Notes: generated by a model not told the origin, from the letters alone. DNA of 64,000 bases from Macrostomum hystrix (GCA_950097015.1 CATNEN010000003.1:8308001-8372000), one strand, 5' to 3'. Shown: positions 30,146 through 44,700, counted from the first letter of the stretch. Made by a program: numbers and translations.

Positions 30146-31599
30146 CTTAATTTAGTGCACACTAGGAGATGGAAATGCTTGAACGCTTGAAATACACTGG
30201 TGCTAGAAATGTTTTAACATGTTTAAAATTGGGCTAGATGTTGTTTGATCTGTTTGAATAAACACAAAAAGCCAATTTAAATATACAAACTTGTTTTATT
30301 TGGCTAAAGTTTTCTAGATGCGGTTGTTAATGACTTCTGTTAAAGTAGAAAAAAAACTGAAAAAGTACTTAATTTGAGTATGAATAACTAATGAAAGTAA
30401 TGAACAGAGGCAAGAATTACACGAGCACGCAAGTATCCGTTTGTTTGCTTTACAAATCGCCTTTGAATCGATTGATACGAAAGGATGCATAACTTAAAAA
30501 AACTGCAAATCATACTAGAACAATTAGTACGAAGACTAAAACTAGCAAAAAACATTGCTAAAGCAGTGCTGAGAGGAAAGTGACTCTTTTTGAGATAATG
30601 TAGATGGTTTCTTTCTAGAAAAAGATTTTTTAACCAATAAACACAGCCAAAGTAATGAATTGTACAATAGGATCTCAATATTTCACTCGTTACCTGGATA
30701 CAATTATCATATATATTTAAAACGAATCCTAGTCTTCTTCGATAAGAAACTCAACTGCTAACAAACCCTTTACTGCGCCGGTCAAAATAAGCTAATATAC
30801 TAATACTTTTAGTAATACCAATAGTATTAGTAAGGCCAATAGACGAGGTTGAAGTTAGCTAATTATTCGTACTTAAGTTTTCAATATAAAAAAACTTATG
30901 GAAGCAATTATCCAAAAAGGAAAGAAAAACTACAAAATAAAATATTAATGGCAAGGCAACTAAAGTAAAATTTATTTTGGCAGTCTTGAAGAAACATAAC
31001 AAAAAAGTAATAAAAACAAAGTCGGCTTTTACTCCAACCTTCTACTGACATGAGTAGGCTGTCACGAAAACGATTAATAAAAATGTGGCAAACAATTTTA
31101 GAGTTTTCTGAAGTAAATCATGTCTTGTAAAACAAAAATCTAATGGATTTTTAAGCGGAAGACAGTGTTCAATGAAAAATGGCCTTGAATGCAAAAATGT
31201 TTTTGTTTTTCATCAATGAGCGTTTACGTTGCTAAATACTTTGATCAAAAACGACATAGCATAGCAAAAAAGCCATTTAAAAGAGGAAACAGTCACACTT
31301 TACAAAAAGGGAACAACTTGATTATACGAGTATAACTAGATAGTTTCAATGAGATGCAGAAAAGTTTTTAATAAGAACGTTTTCAGCAAAGAACGTGGAA
31401 GTCAATGATGTATATGGTCAAATCAAATTTACCATAATTAGAGAATTAGAGCTGAGATAATGATATCGCTAAAAAGGAATTAATTTTAATTAAATAATAA
31501 AATAACCATTATCTTATAACAAAGTGAAGTCGTGGGTCGACTAAATTCTAAGAAATAAAGTAATATTTTTATTAAACATTAATACCCCAGAATCATAAG

Positions 31600-32118
31600 A
31601 AACATGGATGCCTTATGATTCTAAGAAACCCTGGATCTTATATGATTCTAAGAAACCCTGGATCTTATATGATTCTAAGAAACCCTGGATCTTATATGAT
31701 TCTAAGAAACCCTGGATCTTATATGATTCTAAGAAACCCTGGATCTTATATGATTCTAAGAAACACTGCATCTTATATGATTCTAAGAAACCCTGGATCT
31801 TATATGATTCTAAGAAACCCTGGATCTTATATGATTCTAAGAAACCCTGGATCTTATATGATTTTAAGAAACCCTGGATCTTATATGATTTTAAGAAACC
31901 CTGGATCTTATATGATTCTAAGAAACCCTGGATCTTATATGATTTTAAGAAACCCTGGATCTTATATGATTTTAAGAAACCCTGGATCTTATATGATTCT
32001 AAGAAACCCTGGATCTTATATGATTCTAAGAAACCCTGGATCTTATATGATTCTAAGAAACCCTGGATCTTATATGATTCTAAGAAACCCTGGATCTTAT
32101 ATGATTCTAAGAAACCGG
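31600..32118. repeat. Minisatellite, 27-bp unit TATGATTCTAAGAAACCCTGGATCTTA
   Basis: Period 27, ~19 copies, downstream of the ZNF gene. Confidence 0.95.
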
Positions 32119-32395
32119 ACGCCTCTGACTTCTAAAAAAACACCGTTGCCCACGAATTTGAAGAAACACAGACTCCTTGGGATTTTAATAAGAAACCTTA
32201 ATGCCTCGCGAAGACAAATAGAATTCTTAGAAACTATAAGACAAGATGAAACAGTAAGAATTAAGTGGCATGGAAATTTGATCATAATCAATGAACAATC
32301 ATAGAAATTGCCTACTCAAAAACTCGAAATAATAAACAGTATTGAGAGGAAAAACAGCAAACCATCGAATTGATAGACAAAAAATGTGCAGATAA

Positions 32396-33779
32396 TCAGC
32401 ATCTTCTAGTATCGGCGCCATCGTTGTTCAAGAATTTGTGGCAGCGCAATTCGTGCTTCTTCCGATTGCCAGCCAGCGTGAACTGCTTGGCGCACACTCG
32501 ACAAGGATATTCGCGCACGCCCCGGTGCGTAATGAGGTGCTGATTGAGATTGTTCGACTGGTTGAAACTTTTGCCGCACTCCGTACAGCTAAACGGCTTC
32601 TCGCCAGTGTGAATAAGCCGGTGCCGGATTAGGTGAGTCTTCTGGACGAAGCCTTTGCCGCAGTCGGTGCAGCTGAATGGACGATCTAGCTGGTGGACTC
32701 GCTCGTGCTGCCGGAGGGCGGCTTGGTACCTTGGGAGCCACATTTGTGCATATTGATAATTACTTGTAGGTGCTATAAACCAGCCATGAGACGATTCAAC
32801 TTATACCCTTGACACACGCAGGGTGTGTAAATCTGCCGATTTTCTTAATTATTAGACAGCTGTACAGTGTCAATGTACCTTGGGGACGGGCCCTCAAAGG
32901 CGTAAATTGCACGACGAGCCTTCAAACTTTCTATGCGACCCTAGAAAATGTGGCCTCGACGCGGATTCGAGCTCAGGACCTAGGTGCGGGAATCGGATGC
33001 GTCAATGAGTTCGATTCCGCGGCGAGGCCACATTCATTTGGGGCGCAGACGCAGAGAGAAGGCTTGGAAGTTTGTCGTCCAATTTACGCTTTTGAGGGCC
33101 AACCGCCAAGGTACAGTGAGAGTGTACACTGCCTGACGATGAGAAAGTCAGGGCAGATGTACACAGCTGTGTGAGCGTGTGCCTGCGTACGGTACGGTGT
33201 GTGATCAGGAGTGAGCGAGATGGGCAGAAGTGTCAAAAACTTTGGAATCAAAGTGTCACGAATTCGGGGATCCAAGTTTGATGAATAATAAAGTCTGAGT
33301 TAAAAGTTTAACGAAACTGATCAAAGCAAAACTCACTTGAAACGTTTATCGCAAAAGTTGCAGCGATAGTCGGTACTGTCAGCCTCCTTGACATAGAAGC
33401 TTGCACCGGGTGAATCAGCTACGATCGAGTCGCTAGATCTTGACGTACCGGCATCGACGTCTTCTGGGTGAACATCTGGCAGGGCTATGCCTCCAGAGCC
33501 AAACACCGGAGTGCTAGACATGGCTGCGGTGGCAGCGGATGCTGCAGCAGCTGCGGCTACTTCAGCCGAGTGTTGTTGCAGAGCAGCAGTAAAAGCCACC
33601 ATGAACAATTGGTGCTGATTGTGCTTGTACATGTGCCTTTCTAGACTGTGGAGGCTAGTGTTTGGCACTCGGGATGAATTATCAACCACTAGCTCACCAT
33701 TTAATAGTTCAGAATTCAATGAAGCGAATGTTTCATCATTGTCACATTCGTTGTCATCAGACTGACAAAGATAAGACAT
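32396..33779 (-). CDS. C2H2 zinc-finger transcription factor (4 fingers), 2 coding exons
   Basis: Exons 33779-33337 and 32729-32396. Fingers: CNFC..HERVH (split by the intron), CTDC..HRLIH, TGEKPF-CTEC..HLITH and CRVC..HELRCH. Confidence 0.88.
32812..33235. mobile_element. Head-to-head inverted pair of 5'-truncated tRNA-SINE copies in the ZNF intron
   Basis: 32812-33003 (-) and 33006-33235 (+) are both homologous to the SINE at 572-930. Confidence 0.8.
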
Positions 33780-34675
33780 TGTGTGCAATATTTCAGAATC
33801 TCTGATCAGAAGTTGACACTTAGCATAGCATTTGTTTGGTTATCAACTAATGCTGAAATTTGTTAGTTTTATTATTTATGGGTTCTGTTAGATTTTTGTC
33901 CTAGATTATTGCTCATATTTATTGTTTATAACTAAAATAAATAAGTTTATATATTTACTACAGTATGTTTCTGTTGATATTCATTCAACAAATAACACTA
34001 ATTATCAAAATATTTTTTGCATGACCAATACTTAGAAATTTATTAACTTTTAATATGACTAGTGCTCCTAAATTTTGCCTTGATTTGCATCATTATCAGC
34101 ACATAACTGTGAAGATAAGGCTTTTCAGAATTTCTGGCATGGCAAACAGTGTGGAGTAGTTAGAATTGTTTTAACAAGCTACCATGTAGCTAAGTTAGCA
34201 AACAGTAAAAAGTAGCATTGTTACATGAGCAAACTCTAATATAAATAGGAGTATAGCAGCAATATTAGCTTAGTTGTATATTAGCAAAGAAGTGCAGAGT
34301 AAAAAATATAATTTCTGAAAACTATAGTATAGGAAGGCTTTCCAGAACCAGAATTTAGTGTTGGGAGTAGCTATGTAGCATTTAATCAACAAGCACAACA
34401 TCAGTACCAAAGCAAACTTCAATCGAATTGAGGTGGGATGATGCACCCAACTAGCCAAGGAGGTTTGCAAAGTCACACCACCTTGTTGCACATCCTTGGG
34501 CCATTTTATCTTGATCTTGTGTTCAGAATATAAATACATGTGCCAGACTATGGGACAAAGACTATTATTATAGCCAATACAGTCTAGACAGGTTACAACA
34601 GTCAAAAGTGTATAAAATTAGGTACTAATAGGCACCTATACTTTGTTCATTTCATTTTTATTATTTGTTAAAAAT

Positions 34676-35177
34676 CCCTATTGGAGCCAATAGGGCTTTT
34701 TGCGGACAGCATCTGGCGCGCTTGTGAAAAATTGCCTGTGCGGCTGTGCAGAAAGAAATTCCTGTCCGCGTGGCCACACCTTGTGTGTGTAAAGTTGTCG
34801 TAAGTATGTAGATATATAACAAACAGTGTGCCCTTGTGCCCCTACACAAATACATGCTCCGCAGTGCCTGAGTGCGAAAAGACAACCTTAGCTGTTCTAA
34901 ATATAGAAATACACTATGGAGATAAAAAAGGTCATTTCAGGTATATGCGTCCGTATTTTTGCGAAATCACCACATACCTGTTCTATTTTTAGAATATACT
35001 ATGGAGATCAAAAAAAGGTTGTTTGACATTTTTTCGTGAAATCAATTACTACATTGAGTCAGACTGAAGATATATAGCAATTGCGGATTTGCTTTGCGCT
35101 CTTTTTCTTGAAAACAACCACTCACCTGCGCACCTAGTAGGAGTCTCTGCAGCTTTTTTAAATTCGCTCCATTAGGG
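34676..35177. mobile_element. piggyBac-like non-autonomous element
   Basis: Left end CCCTATTGGAGCCAAT versus right end (reverse complement) CCCTAATGGAGCGAAT. The right end is followed by TTAA and the left TSD is degenerate. Confidence 0.5.
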
Positions 35178-36514
35178 TTAAAAATTATAGTCTCTTTCTT
35201 TGAACACTCAATCCTTGTAACACTTGACAGTCATTGTCTTTTGCCTTTATTTTATTTGAATAGCCTAGCCAAAATGATTAAATTCAATAGTTCTTAATGC
35301 AATAATTAGTCAGCTCCATCATTAACTTTAATAATGCATGTCAAATACACTAAAGCAAATTTCTAAAAAGGCCTTAATGATCATATTTGTGCTCATGCAT
35401 GTGATGCACATAACTTCTTGATATAGCTCTCAAATTAGGTATCTCATGACTAATTTAGGTATTAGGCATTTATAATACTGTACGCCAATTAAAGTTGCAC
35501 TTGTCCAGTTGTTACTTGTAGACACTTGCACGCCATTACACTTTTTCAGAGTTTTTGTACGCCAGAAACTGTACGCCAAATTGGCCTAAGCCATGGTGTA
35601 TGCCGGAGGAATTCCGGCGTACACTACATTTTCGAGACTAAGGCTCATGTCCCACTCCCAAATCCCAAGGAAGTGCAATATTTGTACTTAGATGCTATGA
35701 ATTTTAGCAAAAAAATAATGATCCTAAATTTTATTGTACTTAAACAAAAAAGAATTTAACAAATGATAATGGACTTAGTGACAAATATTTATTTAGTCTG
35801 ATACTGTGTGATAGAAAGCTTAGAATTTTTTCCATTACACTATAGATGTAGATAGGATCTAACTAAGTATAGATATACTTAGAATAGTTAAGTCAAAAAC
35901 TGATGGACTAGTCACTAGATGTACATCACATTATTCACAAACTTCCACTAGGCCTAAACAGGTGAAGGGAAACAAAAAATATATTGCTATGTGAATTTGA
36001 ACAAACTAATATTTTAATGAACTCTAGCATACAATAATTTTTAAACATTGAATTAAATCTATAAAATATACCCCACGACTACATTTTTATAAAGTCAACG
36101 ATCTTAGACATTTTTAACAAGATTTCTCTATTTTTATCCCAGTAAAGCAATGAAAGCATGGTAGAAAATAAATAAAAATGCCTACTTTTTTTCATTAATG
36201 CCTCATTAAAAATGAGGTTACAAGATGCAGATTGCAGCACTTTACCAACACGTGAAAACTATGCATACTTCAATAATCATAGCAGCAGAACTTTGAATAC
36301 ATTGACATGACCCACATAAATTGCGCATTTCTCAGAAAGACGTATAGGGAAGTTGTTTTGAATTTGCATTCAAAGGAGTAAAACAAATAAAAACGAGAAA
36401 ATAGTTTCAGTCAATAATTACAAATCGCTCACTTACACTTACAAATTACAGGAAAGCTCAGAATCAAAAAACGATAAATGGAAACTCTTGTTAATTTGGA
36501 AACCTAAACTTAAA

Positions 36515-37175
36515 CGGGATACCCCATTTGCTAGCCGGACTCGTTTGTTAGCCGGCGTTTGCTTGCCAGAGGTTTGCTAGCCGACGTTTGGAAGCCGACG
36601 TGTGCTAGCCAACGTTTGCTAGCCGATGACAAAGGTTTCTAGCTGCATTAGGCTTATCATTTTCCCGATTCCGTTTTCAGACTCGGTTCGGCACTTTCCA
36701 TTTTGTTGACTGTTTTTAGAATCGGTTCTAAAACTTTATTTATTCGGATTCTGGAATTCGATTTGAGAAATTTTCTTAATTCGTTGACATTTCTATGGAA
36801 ACAAGCTAAACACATTTAAAATATTAATAATGGATTCCATTGAACATTTTCATTTCTGAGAGCATTTAACTGTTACAAGTTACAAATATATTCCGTGCTT
36901 TTTATTTTCCTACTGATTCTGGTTCTGTAATTGGAATTTATTGGGATTTTAGTACGAATGAGATCATTAATTGTCCACCATACGGTTAGGGTAGGCCTAG
37001 GCCTACATTTAAAATTGCCGATGATGATCGGTAAAATTACCACTGGGGCCAACAACTTCCCTTCTTAAAAGAAACTGAGCTGCTATAGCGATCCTATCAA
37101 ACTTTCCGGCTAGCAAACGTCCAGCTAGCAAAAGTCCGGCTAGCAAATGTCCGGCTAGCAAACGGCATAGACCCG
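36515..37175. mobile_element. MITE-like element with inverted subterminal ~14-15-bp repeats (TTTGCTAGCCGG)
   Basis: TTTGCTAGCCG repeats at 36527-36625 are mirrored by CCGGCTAGCAAA repeats at 37106-37162, with CGGG...CCCG termini. Confidence 0.65.
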
Positions 37176-38314
37176 TATAACTATCAAAGAGAGAGAAATT
37201 TTTATCCGACAATTTTTTGTTGCACCGGAACAGAGCAGCGCAAGCACCCGAAACTCAAGAACACGGGCCAACTTTTTGTTGCGCATCTTCTGAATCAAGA
37301 ATCAAGTCGGCTCCCCTTCAGACCATCGAGATATTCAATTATCTCTGGAAGTCAGAAGTCTCGATAATACTAATAGCATGATCTCAACAAAACAAGCAGT
37401 GAAAAGAAGAATAAGAAAAGTTTTATAGATAAGACAGCTGCTCGATTTTTGTTGAGTATAACTTTACGCTCGTAGATATCCCTTTTGTAATGAATTTATT
37501 ATAAAACTTGGCTTCGTTAAAACAACGTAGTCGACGAAATACCAAATAGAATAGTGGATTGAGTTGCGATCAAAGCGCGGTAAAAGGAAAGAACAAAAAA
37601 ATTAATTTTTAGGATTTGCGACAGCATTTACTGAACTACTTAAAGTTGTAGTGGAACAACTTCCGCCTTCTTAGTGTTTTTACTTATCGTACTTCTTACT
37701 TAATTATATTACTTATCCGAGGAACAATGTCCCTGAAATCACTTCTCGTATTACGATACGGAAATTAAAAATGAGGCATGCAACTATTTTTTCATAAACT
37801 AAAATCCACAAGTTGGATCAGTACGTTGGAGTATTTTGTATATTGCGAGTTTTTACCGTCAAAATAAACGCAGTAGGAAAATAAATATGATGATGGCAGT
37901 TAAAAGATTAGACTTAAAACAAAACAAACAGTAGATCACAAAAATTGTTTCATATATGGACCCAAAACTAGTGTCTTAAAAAAGCTAGGCACCAAACAGC
38001 TGAAAATGGATGAGCTAAGTAAACAAAAAATAAAATATGAACAGAAAAATATGATACAGTAACTAAATTAATTATTGGATTTTGGTTGTCTGATTTCGGA
38101 AGACAACAACTAAGTAAAGTGTAATCGATATTATTCTACGCAAAAATATATTTGTAAATAGAGGCCTGGGAATTAAATAACAGCCTAAAATGAAAGAGTC
38201 GAACATATTGATACACTGGCATTATTAGCAATAAAAAATAGGTAATTAACACCGATGAATTTTATGGAAGCCTGCGCACATAAAGTCCTAGTAGAAGTTT
38301 CGTTTTGTATTATT

Positions 38315-40395
38315 TTAATCCATTGGTGGCAAGTCTTCGAAACTGTAGCCCTCATGACCATAGTAGGCTCTGATTATGTAGACCAGATAATAAACTAAAA
38401 AATGGTGAGTTTATTGAAATGGCCCGTTTCAATACTTGCAAATGCATGCCTAGAGAAATGAGATGGCTGTACAGCGGAGTGGGGTTGCCTGCCTAGCGGA
38501 ATGGGGCTGCCTGCCTAGCGGAGTGAGATGGTTGCATGGTGGAGTGGGCTTTACTACCTAGCGGAGTGGGGTTGATTGCCTAGCAGAGTGGAGTTGACTG
38601 CCTAGCAGAGTGGAGTTGACTGCCTAGCGGAGTGAGATGGTTGCATGGCGGAGTGGGCTTTACTGCCTAGCGGAGTGGGGTTGACTGCCTAGCATAGTGG
38701 GCTTTACTGCCTAGCGGAGTGGGGTTGACTGCCTAGCATAGTGAGGTTGACTGCCTAGCGGAGTGAGATGGCTGCATAGCGGAGTGGGGTTGGTAAAAAT
38801 TATCTTGCAGAGCGGCATTTGCTAATAAAAATTTGGAACATACTAGCAATAAAGCAAAGCAAAAAAAAATCGTGAACCTTACTCCCTGGAATGAAAATAA
38901 CCAGACCGCCTATTACAAACACCAGATTGTAAAGTGCCTCTGGCTGATTGGCTGTCAAAGCGGTTCCAATGCTGCATAATACTGAAAAAAGAAGAAACTT
39001 GTATCAGATCTATTTGATTTGAGCACAAAATAGTTACAAAATTACTTACCAAGGCCAAACACGCAGAAAAAGAAAGATATTAGAATAATCTTCTTGTGCT
39101 TTTGAATGTCAGTATTAGAAAGACAACTGGAACAAATGTAAAAATAAATGATGGTTAGCAGGTTTTTAGTCGCAAAAGATAACACGAGAATCGGCAGGAC
39201 TCTTAAGACTCACTTTGGTCCAACTCTCTGTGCCCAAGAATTGAATCGTTGAGCATATCTGCCGCACGGTTTACCCTGAGCTGTCGGCGTCACATTGGTC
39301 ACCGATCGCGTATCTTGCGGTGTCATGCCAACCAAAGCTGCGTCATTTTGTGCGGTTGACGATACAGCCACGCTGTTAAATAAATATGTATATGAAACAA
39401 TTATATTTAGTCTCACTGTCACATTGAGCTAACAGCCATACTCAGTTAGTTGTATTTCTCTATACTGTGACCTCTCTACTTTTCTAATGTGACCTATCTA
39501 CTTTTCTAATGTGGCCTCTCTACTTCTCTAATGTGGCTTGTCTACTTCTCTAATGTGGCCTATCTACTTCTCTAATGTGGCCTATCTACTTCTCTAATGT
39601 GGCCTATCTACTTCTCTAATGTGGCTTCTCTATTTCTCTAATGTGGCTTCTCTACTTCTCTAATTTGGCTTGTCTACTTCTCTAATGTGGCTTGTCTACT
39701 TCTCTAATGTGGCCTATCTACTTCTCTAATGTGGCCTATCTACTTCTCTAATATGGCTTCTCTACTTCTCTAATGTGGCTTGTCTACTTCTCTAATGTGG
39801 CCTATCTACTTCTCTGTGGCTTCTCTACTTCTCTAATGTGGCTTCTCTACTTCTCTAATGTGGCCTATCTACTTCTCTAATGTGGCCTCTCTAATTCCAA
39901 CAAAAAGTGCAAGCAAAGTTAGTGACACTCACTCGTTCGCAGAAGTCAGTGGCTGCATCTCGCAGTTGTTGCTGTCCAACTTTGACACAGTCGGCGTGGA
40001 AATCGAGTGGAATCGGCCGGGCTATGGATTTTGTTGAAAGTTAAAAAATTGTTTTAAAACCAGAAAACCAGATACGAATATATTAAATCTGAAAGATTTG
40101 GGCCAACATCTCAACACAGCTCATGTGAAGCCGGTGTACAGCTAGCTGTTCAGTCAATGTTCAGGTTTTGTTTCTTGTGTTTCGCTGAAGAAGACAAATT
40201 GTCTTCTTTGTGATAAGATGCGAACTCGTGACGTCACAATTACCGCTAGAGTTCAGGAACTAAAAAAATCACAAAACGCACCTCAACAGCATCTGGTTCT
40301 TCATTAGCGACATTTTGTACAGTGCCATAATCGGTCATTATTAGCTGCTGCTGCTGTTGTAGATCAGTTGATTTGCCAGTTGTTTGGCTCAGCAT
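38315..40395 (-). CDS. TMEM134/TMEM230-family (DUF872) small membrane protein, 6 exons
   Basis: Exons 40395-40282, 40021-39933, 39372-39214, 39126-39050, 38981-38883 and 38394-38315 join in frame. The C-terminus reads KIILISFFFCVFGLVLCSIG...FVIGGLVIFIPGIYYLVYIIRAYYGHEGYSFEDLPPMD*, matching the family's PG.Y...G..GYS...P end. Confidence 0.85.
38460..38792. repeat. Minisatellite, ~22-bp unit GCCTAGCGGAGTGGGGTTGACT
   Basis: Period ~22, in the last intron of the TMEM gene. Confidence 0.88.
39465..39895. repeat. Minisatellite, 22-bp unit TCTACTTCTCTAATGTGGCCTA
   Basis: Period 22, in TMEM intron 2. Confidence 0.93.
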
Positions 40396-41717
40396 CGTTA
40401 AAAAAATTAGCAATCTCCAGTTATTTTTCGGCACTTTAGTGAAACAAATTTAACAACCATTGGCTAGTTCGGTAAGATTAGCAGCTGAAAATAAATGTAC
40501 TTTTGTTTTAAAACGGTTTTTGCACAAGAAAATAAATAGTGTCCTTATAACGACTATGCTAACATAAAATAAAATAACTGTAATAATCGATTCACGTCTT
40601 GATTTAGCAGCCAAATTCGACAACTACAGTTTGCATTTTGTTTATTTGATACTTGTATCCGACTGTTGTTACTTTGCAAATTTAAAATTGCAATGGGCCA
40701 ATAAAATTGATTGGGCTTCAACTATACAGGTATTGGGTCTTAAAAAACAAAAAAAACTTGTTTTTGTTGCAATTTAGACACTGCATGTAACATTATATAA
40801 GGTCAATATAAATTAGAAGTTAGGTAACAACTAGATAAAATGTATTTAACAATTAATGCTTATTTGACCTATTGTACATATAATGGATAATGCAATAAAA
40901 AAACAACAGACAGATCAAGATATGTACAATAAAACAATAATATAATACAAGTTCATATATTACACCTAAGGAAAAGCTAACTTTTCAGTCAGTAGCATGC
41001 CCCATTAATGATTTATCTAAAGCAAAAAGTTGCATTTTAAGCAAAAAATGTAGCTAACAGTCGCAATCTGATAACAATGCAAAATTTCGAATATTTCAAA
41101 AAAAGACTCGATCAAGACTACTTAGAAAAGTAGTATTGGAGATTTGTTTAGCGAATTATTTCAAAACGACTGAGTTAAATAAAAAAATTTTGAACAGACA
41201 TTCCGAGTACCAGTTACTAAGAACTCGGTGGAACAGCAAAATTATACGAATAAGAAATGTTGTTAGACAAGAACAACAAGCGATTAACATTAAAAAAGTA
41301 GCTATACATAAAATTAAACAAAATTAAATAATTATTTGATTCCAATCAACATCAGCATATTGTATTAATAAATCAACAACTGTAAACATCTGCGTGTTGT
41401 AAGCCATATCATTATAAAGCATATTTACTAAACTAGAATTTGTCTTAGGTGTACTTTTACTAATTAAATATTCGCGAATGATATTTAAAGGATGAATTCA
41501 TTCTAGAAACTCGCCTACGGAATTTTGTTACTTAATTATTTCTTAATTTGAGTGACTTAGCTCTAGCTCCTTGTTTCGTTTTTTAAATATATGTCATGAA
41601 CCATGTCAGAGAGACTGAATTCGATGAATTTTTGTGTGCAGATAAATTATTGACACTTGAAATCCCTCCATGGCTTTTCTACTGTTAACTCTTTTTTATA
41701 CAGTTATCTACCCAGTT

Positions 41718-44700
41718 TCAAGCCCTAACCAATTGTTGAGAACTCGACGACCTCTGCTGAGCAGCCCTGGCAGGACTTGGCACAGGCACCGAGCAGACAT
41801 TGCTCCATCGGCCGTATCTATTGTAGACATCCAGAGCCCTGACAGCAAAGTGAAACATACTGCCAGCTTCTATCTGCGTTAGGCTGCAGGACATTGGCAA
41901 AGGCAGTGCCTTCACATCGCCAACCTTAGCCCAGGGACAAGACGGCGGCTGACGACGCCGAGGATGCCGATCGTCCAGCACCTCTGAGTAGCTCCAGATC
42001 TCGTAGGCTTTGACGCCGGCATGAAGGAAGCTGACCTCGGCTAGGTCCCACTGAAGGGTGACACCCTCTGGTGTGCGCTCCAGTGTTAGGGTGGCCCTGG
42101 AGGGCGGCAGTTTACTGGTTGAGACTGCCGCAACCGGAGCCGGAGTCACTGGCAAAGGGGCTGGAATGCCGCGATCCTGAGGTCCTCCGGCTGGGGCTGT
42201 TGTAGAATGGATGTGGAATTGTTAGCAAATTATAAGCTTTTTCTGCGTTTTAAGCTTTAATCTCCACTCTGGATTGGGATTCTGAATTATATATAAATCC
42301 CCATCTCCACAAAAATCTTGTATTTTCCATCTAGACTTACTAATTTCCACCCCGAACTATTATTTTCAAAGAACATATCTGAAAATATTCCTTTCTGAAA
42401 ATTTGAATGTAGATTGAGATGCCTAGACATTCTTATCCCTAACTAAACTTTAGATTGAGATGCCTAGACATTCTTATCCCTAACTCAACTGTAGATTGAG
42501 ATGCCTAGACATTCTTATCCCTAACTCAACTGTAGATTGAGTTGCCTAGACATTCTTATCCCTAACTCAACTTTAGATTGAGATGCCTAGACATTCTTAT
42601 CCCTAACTCAACTGTAGATTGAGATGCCTAGACATTCTTATCCCTAACTCAACTGTAGATTGAGTTGCCTAGACATTCTTATCCCTAACTCAACTGTAGA
42701 TTGAGATGCCTAGACATTCTTATCCCTAACTCAACTGTAGATTGAGATGCCTAGACATTCTTATCCCTAACTCAACTGTAGATTGAGATGCCTAGACATT
42801 CTTATCCCTAACTCAACTGTAGATTGAGATGCCTAGACATTCTTATCCCTAACTCAACTGTAGATTGAGATGCCTAGACATTCTTATCCCTAACTCAACT
42901 GTAGATTGAGATGCCTAGACATTCTTATCCCTAACTCAACTGTAGATTGAGATGCCTAGACCTTTTAATCACCTAACTCAACTGTAGATTGTGATGCCTA
43001 GACCTTTTAATCACCTAACTCAACTGTAGATTGTGATGCCTAGACCTTTTAATCACCTAACTCAACTGTAGATTGTGATGCCTAGACCTTTTAATCACCT
43101 AACTCAACTGTAGATTGTGATGCCTAGACCTTTTAATCACCTAACTCAACTGTAGATTGGGATGTCAAACCCGTTTAATCGCCAGCTGCTATCGATTGCG
43201 ATTTTCGATGCCCTTTAATCACGAGCTTTATACTAGATTGTGGTTTTGAAGGCGCATTCTAAACCCCAGCTCATCCATCCTTGGCGATAATCCATTATTT
43301 TATTTTCTAGCTCCATTTTTCAAACGACATAGGTTGGTCTACTAACTAACCTCCTCTGTTTGGACCAGAAGCTCCTACAGTGCGCGCTTTTCGCCTTTCA
43401 GCGCCGATTAGTCCGGCATCGGTGGAGACGCCACCGCGAGTAGCTGAATAAGTGGCTGACGCAGCCAAGGTCGGTTCATCGTCGGTCAAGTCAATGGTCA
43501 TAGGAGCTGAGGAAGGCAGCTGCCTCGTAGCAGCCACAGGCAGCCGAGACAGATTTTGCTGCTGCATCGGTTGCTGCTGCTGATGCTGCAGTCGCAATTG
43601 CTGGAACTGCTGTTGCTGCTGTTGATGCTGATGCGTTGGAGTCTGAAGCATTACAACCGCTTGCTGTTGGTGCTGGTGCGAATGCTGATGATGATGGTGG
43701 TGCGCGGCAGTGACAGCCGCGGCTGTAGTATTTGCGTGAGCAACAGGCACGGCAGCAACATTGCCATGCCCCCCTGCTCTAGAGCCTTTCTGTAGTAGAA
43801 TCTCCGTATCCAAGCGTCGATAGATGGTTAACAGGGCGCGCATTTTACTCTGCTGTCGCTCCAATTTGTCTGATAAAAAACGGACGTCTCTTTCTAAACG
43901 AAACACTCTATTAGACACCATAGTAGTCACTTCGGATAGAGCCGGCAGTGTGAATGGCGGAACAAAGACGCTACCATTCGGACTAGATGAGGACTCCAGC
44001 ATACTATCTAAACCCTGCAGCAAAGTAGCATCACTGCGACTGCGCTTAGCTAACGAAGCATCGTCCTGAGTTTCTTTAAGATTTTTCTCACTAGTCAAAT
44101 TTGTGGCAGTGTCGGTTGAGGCTGCAGTGGAGGCACCAGAGATACTGGCCTGCGTTCGCTTCCTAGCATTGGAGGAAGTGGCCAAGCTGCCGTCAGCTTC
44201 ATCGTCGCTTAGCGTCAAGTCAATCATTGGCGAAGCGCCTGGCCTAGGCCGGGCACGAATAGGTAACGGCACCGAATTCTTTGAAATTGTAGACGGCTCA
44301 GCAGCAGCCGCTGTCGCATTATCGTTGCTTGATTCTTCTTCATTCTGGGCTTCATTGTTTGCATCTTTATTCTTGTTAGAATCTGTCTGCTCCTCAATAT
44401 TTTCGCCTTTTTCAGCATCTTCAGTAGACTGTGCCTTAGACTCAGCATTGTCCTGGGGTTGGCTAATCATTGATTCACCAATGGATTCTTTAAGATTCTC
44501 TGATTCTTTAACAACAGCGTCTGGACTGCGGGAATCCGGAGTCTTTGCAACGGTTGACTCGTCCGCACTTCTTTGCTCCTTAGCTGACTTTTCCTCGGTT
44601 TCAACGTCAGTAATGAGTTGTAGATTACTGGCACAATCATTGTCCTTATCTAGATTGGAATTAATAGATTCGTCAATGTTTAAGACTCCATCATTTTCTG

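Noticed and set aside
40480-40720. Operon or trans-splicing link between ATF7IP and the TMEM gene
   Set aside because: The acceptor at ~40486 has a plausible cis donor at ~40652 and CCAAT-like boxes near 40700. No evidence without SL reads.
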